From a virus (lineage: Duplodnaviria > Heunggongvirae > Uroviricota > Caudoviricetes), in the IMG/VR virus record IMGVR_UViG_2913177423_000004: DNA of 5,329 bases. One strand, given 5' to 3'. This document shows positions 1-5,285 of this stretch, in pieces. Below the pieces are notes generated by a model. That model saw nothing but the letters and a program-made list of their open reading frames with translations, had not been told where the DNA came from and did no database searches. The number at the start of each line of letters is the position of its first letter. Within the stretch, counting starts at the first letter, position 1. The translations under genes and the position numbers were made by a program.

Positions 1-1
1 G

Positions 2-166
2 CCAGTTTTTGTTGACCACTACAACGTTGACCTGGCCGCCAGCGGCGTTGCCTACAAAGAGCGGATGAATATACCGGTAATTGCAGAACAGGTAGCCCGT
101 GAGCAACCGGAGAACTTGCACACCTATTTCATGGAACGGCTACGATACTGGCCGGCGTTGAATTAA
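2..166 (+). CDS. 3' end of an upstream phage gene (partial; start lies outside the window), product unknown
   Basis: Frame-2 reading frame is open from the window edge to TAA at 164..166 (54 sense codons, ...[13 protein letters not shown]). GC-rich third codon positions. Absent from the ORF track because it is truncated. Product not recognised. Confidence 0.4.
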   Translation, partial: PVFVDHYNVDLAASGVAYKERMNIPVIAEQVAREQPENLHTYFMERLRYWPALN

Positions 167-225
167 TCCACATGATGCGCAAGGGGCAATATCAGCATCC
201 TCAGGGTGATGGATTGTCACCCACA

Positions 226-272
226 GAACAATTTTATCTGCTGACTTTCCACCGTTAACGCGACACAACCTT
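226..272. repeat. Left arm of a long inverted repeat; perfect 32-bp core at 241..272
   Basis: 241..272 (ctgactttccaccgttaacgcgacacaacctt) is the exact reverse complement of 1226..1257. Flanking bases 226..240 also match the reverse complement of 1292..1305 with one T indel. Weaker similarity continues outward to about 205 on the left and 1325 on the right. Confidence 0.85.
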
Positions 273-438
273 AATATGCCACAAAGGTTTTTGTTAACGA
301 GCTGCATCTTTTTCTTTTCTGGGTGATGATTGTTTTATAATAAACAAATAACAACATTTATTCTTGTAAAAGTAATAATATCTCTTTGGTGATCGAATTT
401 ATTGATCGCATTTCAATTAAACAAATAAGGAGTTTTTT

Positions 439-1140
439 ATGCCCAAAATTACCGGTGTTCTAGTGAGCCACCATGTGTTCGATATAAAAAAAGACATGGC
501 TAATGGTTCATTCCCGAAAACATTATTTCCAGGCGCGACATTTCAGATGGTGGTTGACAATGATGTTGTCAATAATAATACGTTGGACTGGAGTGTTGTC
601 ACCAATGCGGGAGACAATTCGCTGACTGTAAATCAGGACGGCGTGGTGTCATTTTCAAATGATATTGATGAAAGTTGCATTGGTAAAACATTTGTTATTT
701 TTGCGAAGGATAAAGCCACAGGGAAAAATGTGTCATCTTATTTAATTAAACCTTATCGCTTCTTTAAACCTCGTACCGCAACGTCGGACAGATTTTACGA
801 TGCATTGTTTTGGATTGAGGATAAAAAAGGGACTGTCCCGGCACGACGCGATATCAATAATGTCCCTTTCGATGAACTGACGGGAGAAATGTTTCATGAT
901 GTAAAACGTGAAGTGAATTCCGGGCTTTTTCAGGAATGGGGATTTTTACTGTTTAGTGGGTGGACTAATCCTGTACGTGGTGATATTGGTAGTCTCGAAT
1001 CAGAAATTTTCACTTTAGAAAATGACAGTATATTTATATCGACAGTCAACTCCCTCCCATACTCCAGAGATCTCCATGATGATATGGACTCCCAGTCTGC
1101 ACAGGCTGTAGCGTTTTACGGGGAATCTGTTGTTTCCTGA
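439..1140 (+). CDS. Hypothetical protein, 233 aa, AT-rich orphan gene; possible beta-rich Ig-like N-terminal region; function unknown
   Basis: ATG at 439 is preceded by a strong Shine-Dalgarno (taaggag at 426..432, 6-nt spacer). Uninterrupted 233-codon frame ending TGA at 1138..1140. Composition is visibly more AT-rich than int or ybhC. No signal peptide and no catalytic motif that I can name. Residues ~30-100 (ATFQMVVDNDVV...LDWSVVTNAGDNSLTVNQDGVVSF...) have the alternating pattern of a bacterial Ig-like domain, but this is an impression, not a match. Confidence 0.8.
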   Translation: MPKITGVLVSHHVFDIKKDMANGSFPKTLFPGATFQMVVDNDVVNNNTLDWSVVTNAGDNSLTVNQDGVVSFSNDIDESCIGKTFVIFAKDKATGKNVSSYLIKPYRFFKPRTATSDRFYDALFWIEDKKGTVPARRDINNVPFDELTGEMFHDVKREVNSGLFQEWGFLLFSGWTNPVRGDIGSLESEIFTLENDSIFISTVNSLPYSRDLHDDMDSQSAQAVAFYGESVVS

Positions 1141-1162
1141 TGTTTTAATGAGTTTTTAATAG

Positions 1163-1193
1163 TCTCCGTCTTTTTAATTTAAAGAGACGGAGA
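1163..1193. terminator. Palindromic stem-loop 23 bp after the 233-aa ORF; possible terminator or protein/RNase site
   Basis: tctccgtcttttt (1163..1175) pairs with aaagagacggaga (1181..1193): 13 bp including one G-U pair, loop aattt. It is not followed by a clean T-tract on either strand, so it is not a canonical intrinsic terminator. Confidence 0.35.
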
Positions 1194-1225
1194 TTATCGG
1201 CTCTGCAACGTGAAGCTCAGGAACA

Positions 1226-1305
1226 AAGGTTGTGTCGCGTTAACGGTGGAAAGTCAGCAAAAGTTGTATTGCTGGCTTTTCATGCAGCCAGCAGATAAAT
1301 TGTTC
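1226..1305. repeat. Right arm of the long inverted repeat; perfect 32-bp core at 1226..1257, then a ~34-bp insertion, then the extended match
   Basis: 1226..1257 is the exact reverse complement of 241..272. 1258..1291 has no counterpart on the left and contains its own small hairpin (gctggc ... gccagc). 1292..1305 resumes the match to 226..240. Confidence 0.85.
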
Positions 1306-1476
1306 CGCGGGTGACAGCCATTACCGCGAAGGCATATTGCAAGGGGCGTTGCTTGTGGTCGATTCCTCACTCACTCCAGTTGATGGTTCGCTGCTTGTAT
1401 GTGCTTATCGCATAAAGAGATATCGGAAGCATCCGCGCCGCTATGATTGTCTTTCTCCTGATGCAGGAAAAGCAGA

Positions 1477-1791
1477 ATGGCTAAATCAGCAGCAGAGCGC
1501 AAAGCCGATCAGAGAGCCAAGCAAGCATCATCCGGTATGCGTAAGCTGGAGCTTGTACTTGATGCTCAGGAAATTGAAATGCTGGAGCGTAACTGTGCCA
1601 CGCGTCGCTTCAGGCGTGCGCCTTACGAGTTTGGTGAGTACATCGCGTTACTGAGCCGCCAGGATGATGCACTTGTGCGCTGGCGTATAAAATCGATCAG
1701 CATAAAACGTTGCGGTAAGTGCGGCGAGAGAGTTCCTGTTAATTCATGCCCGTGTAATGGTGACTCACAATGCTGGGTGACCAAAGGCTGA
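1477..1791 (+). CDS. Hypothetical small protein, 104 aa, charged helical N-terminal part plus C-terminal Cys cluster (putative zinc ribbon); possibly an Ea8.5-like protein
   Basis: ATG at 1477 with AGGA at 1465..1468 (8-nt spacer); stop TGA at 1789..1791. C-terminus RCGKCGERVPVNSCPCNGDSQC has a C-x2-C-x8-C-x-C-x5-C spacing typical of a zinc-binding knuckle. The overlapping ORF 1337..1654 in another frame looks non-protein-like. An alternative start at the internal Met (codon 21, nt 1537) cannot be excluded. The Ea8.5 comparison is from memory of its described homeodomain/zinc-finger fold, not from sequence alignment. Confidence 0.6.
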   Translation: MAKSAAERKADQRAKQASSGMRKLELVLDAQEIEMLERNCATRRFRRAPYEFGEYIALLSRQDDALVRWRIKSISIKRCGKCGERVPVNSCPCNGDSQCWVTKG

Positions 1792-1820
1792 TTCGAATTT
1801 AAGAACTGAAAGAACACCAA

Positions 1821-1841
1821 GCCGCCTGATGGCGGTTTTTT
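1821..1841 (+). terminator. Rho-independent terminator-like hairpin (GC stem + T6)
   Basis: gccgcc tgat ggcgg followed by tttttt (1836..1841), 30 bp downstream of the 104-aa ORF stop. The first in-frame ATG of the next ORF (1829) lies inside this stem-loop, so it is unlikely to be the real start. Confidence 0.6.
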
Positions 1842-1855
1842 ATTGGAGACAAGAA

Positions 1856-2200
1856 ATGTCAGATTTGGCTATGAAGATTTTGAAATGGCAAACGACTGGC
1901 GATGTCGGCATCAGTAGCGCAACTCTTGCCTCAATCGCATGTGGACTGAAAAAGAATATCTATGGTCATCACTTCGGTGCTCCACATGACGCAGCCGATT
2001 TCCGACGATGCGTTGCACTTGTTGAGCAGATTCCAGAAATCAGAGATTCATTCGACAAGGTTGCAAAGCGCGTTCCGGCATTCAAAGGCATCCTCAACGA
2101 ATGGGATTCTCTCGTTGCTCTGTTGAAGTCTGAAATGAAGATACACGGAAACAAAGCACCAGAAACTTACAGAAGAATTAGCGAGCTACGCAAGTACTAA
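1856..2200 (+). CDS. Hypothetical protein, 114 aa (MSDLAMKILKWQ...), function unknown
   Basis: ATG at 1856 preceded by GGAG at 1845..1848 (7-nt spacer); stop TAA at 2198..2200. The ORF track starts it at 1829 (123 aa), but that ATG is inside the upstream terminator hairpin. The gene is followed by two hairpins (2206..2224 and 2259..2279). Product not recognised. Confidence 0.7.
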   Translation: MSDLAMKILKWQTTGDVGISSATLASIACGLKKNIYGHHFGAPHDAADFRRCVALVEQIPEIRDSFDKVAKRVPAFKGILNEWDSLVALLKSEMKIHGNKAPETYRRISELRKY

Positions 2201-2258
2201 CCACAGCCTCACACTCGATGAGGCCTGTTCATTTCTCAAGATATCCAGACCTACCATC

Positions 2259-2279
2259 GCCGCATCAATGCGGCTTTTT
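2259..2279 (+). terminator. Rho-independent terminator-like hairpin (stem + T5) immediately upstream of the pI / xis region
   Basis: gccgca tcaa tgcggc followed by ttttt (2275..2279). A second hairpin (gcctca cactcga tgaggc, 2206..2224) sits directly after the stop codon of the 114-aa gene. Confidence 0.55.
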
Positions 2280-2280
2280 C

Positions 2281-2294
2281 TTGCGTGTAATTGC
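2281..2294 (+). promoter_or_regulatory. cII-binding box (TTGC-N6-TTGC) of the int promoter pI
   Basis: ttgc gtgtaa ttgc at 2281..2294, immediately upstream of and overlapping the xis translation initiation region. This matches the established arrangement of lambda pI, where the cII-activated promoter overlaps the start of xis so that the transcript encodes Int but not Xis. Confidence 0.65.
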
Positions 2295-2306
2295 GGAGAC
2301 TTTGCG

Positions 2307-2525
2307 ATGTACTTGACACTTCAGGAGTGGAACGCACGCCAGCGACGCCCAAGAAGCCTTGAAACAGTTCGTCGATGGGTACGCGAGTGCAGGATATTCC
2401 CTCCTCCGGTTAAAGATGGAAGAGAGTATCTGTTCCACGAATCAGCGGTAAAGGTTGACTTAAATCGACCAGTAACAGGTAGCCTTTTGAAGAGGATCAA
2501 AAATGGGAAGAAGGCGAAGTCATGA
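2307..2525 (+). CDS. xis: Excisionase Xis (lambda-type), 72 aa
   Basis: Protein MYLTLQEWNARQRRPRSLETVRRWVRECRIFPPPVKDGREYLFHESAVKVDLNRPVTGSLLKRIKNGKKAKS matches lambda Xis as I recall it. GGAG at 2295..2298 precedes the ATG at 2307. The ORF-track start at 2268 lies inside the upstream terminator hairpin and is rejected. The 3' end overlaps the int start by 23 bp, as in lambda. Confidence 0.95.
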   Translation: MYLTLQEWNARQRRPRSLETVRRWVRECRIFPPPVKDGREYLFHESAVKVDLNRPVTGSLLKRIKNGKKAKS

Positions 2526-3573
2526 GCGCCGGGATTTACCCCCTAATCTTTATATAAGAAACAATGGATATTACTGCTACAGGGACCCAAGGACGGGTAA
2601 AGAGTTTGGATTAGGCCGAGACAGGAGGATAGCAATCACTGAAGCTATACAGGCCAACATTGAGTTATTTTCAGGACACAAGCACAAGCCTCTGACAGCG
2701 AGAATCAACAGTGATAATTCTGTTACGTTACATTCATGGCTTGATCGCTACGAAAAAATCCTCGCCAGCAGAGGAATCAAGCAGAAGACACTCATAAATT
2801 ACATGAGCAAAATTAAAGCAATAAGGAGGGGTCTGCCTGATGCTCCACTTGAAGACATCACCACAAAAGAAATTGCGGCAATGCTCAATGGATACATAGA
2901 CGAGGGCAAGGCGGCGTCAGCCAAGTTAATCAGATCAACACTGAGCGATGCATTCCGAGAGGCAATAGCTGAAGGCCATATAACAACAAACCCGGTCGCT
3001 GCCACTCGCGCAGCAAAATCAGAGGTAAGGAGATCAAGACTTACGGCTGACGAATACCTGAAAATTTATCAAGCAGCAGAATCATCACCATGTTGGCTCA
3101 GACTTGCAATGGAACTGGCTGTTGTTACCGGGCAGCGAGTTGGTGATTTATGCGAAATGAAGTGGTCTGATATCGTAGATGGATATCTTTATGTCGAGCA
3201 AAGCAAAACAGGCGTAAAAATTGCCATCCCTACAACATTGCATGTTGATGCTCTCGGGATATCAATGAAGGAAACACTTGATAAATGCAAAGAGATTCTT
3301 GGCGGAGAAACCATAATTGCATCTACTCGTCGTGAACCGCTTTCATCCGGCACAGTATCAAGGTATTTTATGCGCGCACGAAAAGCATCAGGTCTTTCCT
3401 TCGAAGGGGATCCGCCAACCTTTCACGAGTTGCGCAGTTTGTCTGCAAGACTCTATGAGAAGCAGATAAGCGATAAATTTGCTCAACATCTTCTCGGGCA
3501 TAAGTCGGACACCATGGCATCACAGTATCGTGATGACAGAGGCAGGGAGTGGGACAAAATTGAAATCAAATAA
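2503..3573 (+). CDS. int: Tyrosine site-specific integrase Int (lambda-type), 356 aa
   Basis: Protein MGRRRSHERRDLPPNLYIRNNGYYCYRDPRTGKEFGLGRD...HLLGHKSDTMASQYRDDRGREWDKIEIK matches lambda Int in length and sequence as far as I can recall, including the C-terminal catalytic region (R...HxxR...Y). GAGG at 2492..2495 precedes the ATG at 2503. Confidence 0.97.
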   Translation: MGRRRSHERRDLPPNLYIRNNGYYCYRDPRTGKEFGLGRDRRIAITEAIQANIELFSGHKHKPLTARINSDNSVTLHSWLDRYEKILASRGIKQKTLINYMSKIKAIRRGLPDAPLEDITTKEIAAMLNGYIDEGKAASAKLIRSTLSDAFREAIAEGHITTNPVAATRAAKSEVRRSRLTADEYLKIYQAAESSPCWLRLAMELAVVTGQRVGDLCEMKWSDIVDGYLYVEQSKTGVKIAIPTTLHVDALGISMKETLDKCKEILGGETIIASTRREPLSSGTVSRYFMRARKASGLSFEGDPPTFHELRSLSARLYEKQISDKFAQHLLGHKSDTMASQYRDDRGREWDKIEIK

Positions 3574-3601
3574 TGATTTTATTTTGACTGATAGTGACCT
3601 G
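3571..3601 (-). promoter_or_regulatory. P' arm-type Int binding sites (P'1-P'3)
   Basis: Reverse complement reads caGGTCACTATcAGTCAAAATaAAATCATTA, three tandem approximately 10-bp matches to the arm-type consensus (C/A)AGTCACTAT, directly downstream of the int stop codon as in lambda attP. Confidence 0.8.
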
Positions 3602-3608
3602 TTCGTTG

Positions 3609-3621
3609 CAACAAATTGATA
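3609..3621 (-). promoter_or_regulatory. IHF binding site H' of the P' arm
   Basis: Reverse complement TATCAATTTGTTG fits the IHF consensus WATCAANNNNTTR and lies between the arm-type sites and the core, as in lambda attP. Confidence 0.7.
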
Positions 3622-3646
3622 AGCAATGCTTTTTTATAATGCCAAC

Positions 3647-3661
3647 TTAGTATAAAAAAGC
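3647..3661 (-). other. att common core (15 bp) of attL, the phage/host junction
   Basis: ttagtataaaaaagc is the reverse complement of the lambda core GCTTTTTTATACTAA. It is preceded by gccaac (reverse complement of the P' start GTTGGC) and followed by aggcttcaacg (reverse complement of the attB B-arm CGTTGAAGCCT). Confidence 0.9.
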
Positions 3662-3708
3662 AGGCTTCAACGGATTCATTTTTTCCATTTTAAAGCCCGG
3701 AGCAACCT

Positions 3709-4992
3709 GTGAACACATTTTCAGTTTCCCGTCTGGCGCTGGCACTGGCTTTTGGCGTGACGCTGACCGCCTGTAGCTCAACACCGCCCGATCAACGTCC
3801 TTCTGATCAAACCGCGCCTGGTACCTCTTCTCGCCCGATTCTGTCGGCAAAAGAAGCGCAGAATTTCGATGCTCAACACTATTTTGCATCCCTGACACCA
3901 GGTGCTGCAGCGTGGAATCCTTCCCCGATTACCCTGCCTGCGCAACCTGACTTTGTTGTCGGCCCGGCGGGTACCCAAGGTGTAACGCATACCACGATTC
4001 AGGCAGCGGTGGATGCGGCAATTATCAAGCGTACCAACAAGCGCCAGTATATTGCCGTGATGCCTGGTGAGTATGAAGGCACGGTCTATGTCCCTGCCGC
4101 TCCGGGTGGAATTACTCTGTACGGTACAGGTGAAAAACCGATTGATGTGAAGATTGGGCTTTCCCTTGATGGGAGCATGAGCCCTGCCGACTGGCGTCAC
4201 GACGTCAACCCGCGCGGCAAATATATGCCAGGTAAACCAGCGTGGTACATGTACGATAGCTGCCAGAGCAAACGCAGCGACAGTATTGGCGTGCTCTGTT
4301 CTGCGGTTTTCTGGTCACAAAACAATGGCCTGCAACTGCAAAACCTGACCATCGAAAACACGCTGGGCGATAGCGTAGATGCGGGTAACCATCCGGCGGT
4401 GGCACTGCGTACTGATGGCGACAAAGTGCAGATCAATAACGTCAACATTCTCGGTCGTCAGAACACCTTCTTTGTCACCAACAGTGGTGTGCAAAACCGT
4501 CTGGAAACCAATCGTCAACCGCGTACTCTGGTGACGAATAGCTATATTGAAGGGGATGTGGATATCGTTTCTGGTCGCGGCGCGGTGGTGTTCGATAATA
4601 CCGAATTCCGCGTGGTGAACTCCCGTACTCAGCAAGAAGCGTATGTGTTTGCACCGGCTACGCTGTCTAACATCTATTACGGTTTCCTCGCCGTAAACAG
4701 CCGTTTCAATGCTTCCGGTGATGGCGTGGCGCAACTGGGCCGCTCGCTGGATGTTGATGCCAATACCAACGGTCAGGTGGTGATCCGTGATAGCGCCATC
4801 AACGAAGGTTTTAACACGGCTAAACCGTGGGCCGATGCGGTGATTTCCAATCGTCCATTTGCGGGTAATACCGGCAGCGTTGACGATAGCGACGAAGTAC
4901 AGCGCAATCTGAATGACACTAACTACAACCGCATGTGGGAATACAATAACCGCGGCGTGGGTAGCAAAGTGGTTGCAGAAGCGAAGAAGTAA
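3709..4992 (+). CDS. ybhC: Outer-membrane lipoprotein YbhC (pectinesterase-family fold, putative acyl-CoA thioesterase), 427 aa
   Basis: GTG start at 3709 with GGAG at 3699..3702. N-terminus MNTFSVSRLALALAFGVTLTAC has a lipoprotein signal peptide and lipobox (LTAC). Length and sequence match E. coli YbhC as I recall it. It is the host gene adjacent to the lambda attachment site on the gal side. Confidence 0.93.
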   Translation: MNTFSVSRLALALAFGVTLTACSSTPPDQRPSDQTAPGTSSRPILSAKEAQNFDAQHYFASLTPGAAAWNPSPITLPAQPDFVVGPAGTQGVTHTTIQAAVDAAIIKRTNKRQYIAVMPGEYEGTVYVPAAPGGITLYGTGEKPIDVKIGLSLDGSMSPADWRHDVNPRGKYMPGKPAWYMYDSCQSKRSDSIGVLCSAVFWSQNNGLQLQNLTIENTLGDSVDAGNHPAVALRTDGDKVQINNVNILGRQNTFFVTNSGVQNRLETNRQPRTLVTNSYIEGDVDIVSGRGAVVFDNTEFRVVNSRTQQEAYVFAPATLSNIYYGFLAVNSRFNASGDGVAQLGRSLDVDANTNGQVVIRDSAINEGFNTAKPWADAVISNRPFAGNTGSVDDSDEVQRNLNDTNYNRMWEYNNRGVGSKVVAEAKK

Positions 4993-5008
4993 GAGCTATT
5001 AACTATTT

Positions 5009-5285
5009 GCCGGATGCGGTGTAAACGCCTTATCCGGCCTACGGTTCGATGCGATTTGTAGGTCGGATAAGATGCGCAAGCATCGCATCCGACAATAAGT
5101 GCCGAAATGCGGCGTAAACGCCTTATCCGGACTACGGTTCGATGCGATTTGTAGGTCGGATAAGATGCGCAAGCATCGCATCCGACAATAAATGCCGGAT
5201 GCGGCGTGACCGCCTTATCCGGCCTACGGTTCGATGCGATTTGTAGGTCGGATAAGATGCGCAAGCATCGCATCCGACAATAAGT
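5009..5285. repeat. Three tandem REP/BIME units (about 92 bp each), the E. coli repetitive extragenic palindrome cluster downstream of ybhC
   Basis: Units at 5009..5100, 5101..5193 and 5194..5285. Each contains gccggatgcggcgtaaacgccttatccggcctac (the canonical REP palindrome) followed by a second palindromic unit ...gtaggtcggataagatgcgcaagcatcgcatccgac.... A partial fourth copy starts at 5286. The minus-strand ORFs 4923..5273 and 4999..5181 are artefacts of these repeats. Confidence 0.9.

Larger units (their letters stand above)
1..3661. mobile_element. Left end of an integrated lambda-type prophage (partial; continues beyond the window start), ending at the att core of attL
   Basis: Lambda-type xis and int, followed by the P' arm with arm-type Int sites and the 15-bp common core, then host sequence (B arm, ybhC). 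All phage ORFs are on the + strand, consistent with leftward-operon transcription towards int. Confidence 0.85.

Noticed and set aside
300-438. Promoter for the 233-aa gene in the AT-rich leader (perfect TATAAT at 336..341)
   Set aside because: No acceptable -35 at 17 +/- 1 bp and no extended -10 TG. AT-rich DNA produces TATAAT by chance, so it is left as unassigned.
439-1140. ADP-ribosyltransferase-like motifs (Arg ... S-x-S/T ... E-x-E) in the 233-aa protein
   Set aside because: An ESE triplet and a nearby SGWT are present, but the spacing and context do not fit known ART toxins. Too weak to report as a call.
226-1305. Inverted-repeat-bounded cassette as an IS element or a Gin/Hin-type invertible segment
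   Set aside because: No transposase or serine invertase gene lies within or next to the cassette in this window, and I see no clear target-site duplication outside the arms. Inversion by other means remains possible and is listed as a hypothesis, but calling it an IS or a G-segment-like switch is not supported.
1337-1654. 105-aa + strand ORF overlapping the 104-aa gene in another frame
   Set aside because: Its translation is low-complexity and Arg/Ser/Cys/Trp-rich with no RBS, while the overlapping 1477..1791 frame has a plausible SD and a coherent zinc-ribbon motif. Judged an alternate-frame artefact.
1829-1855. N-terminal extension of the 114-aa ORF (ORF-track start at 1829)
   Set aside because: The ATG at 1829 lies inside the stem-loop of the terminator at 1821..1841 and has no SD; the ATG at 1856 has GGAG 7 nt upstream.
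2268-2306. N-terminal extension of xis (ORF-track start at 2268)
   Set aside because: The ATG at 2268 is within the terminator hairpin loop. Lambda Xis begins MYLTLQEW..., corresponding to the ATG at 2307, which has its own SD.
3606-3640. Sigma70 promoter in the P' arm reading into ybhC (TTGATA 3616..3621 and TATAAT 3635..3640)
   Set aside because: The spacer between the hexamers is only 13 bp; the alternative -35 (TTGCAA 3606..3611) gives 23 bp. The TATAAT is noted in the attL finding, but a functional promoter is not supported.
1623-4734. Eight minus-strand ORFs (1623..1820, 1969..2154, 2799..3005, 3647..3898, 3778..4200, 4197..4448, 4205..4405, 4315..4734)
   Set aside because: Each lies antisense within a confidently assigned + strand gene (the 104-aa and 114-aa genes, int, ybhC) or across attL. 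Their translations are Arg/Cys-rich and low-complexity, and none has a convincing RBS. Treated as antisense-frame artefacts.
4923-5273. Minus-strand ORFs 4923..5273 and 4999..5181 with internally repeated peptide sequence
   Set aside because: They are read through the tandem REP/BIME palindromes, and the repeated peptide segments simply mirror the DNA repeats. Not genes.
5009-5285. Tandem repeats as a possible CRISPR array
   Set aside because: The units are contiguous with no unique spacers, each unit is itself palindromic, and it matches the canonical E. coli REP consensus. No cas genes or leader.
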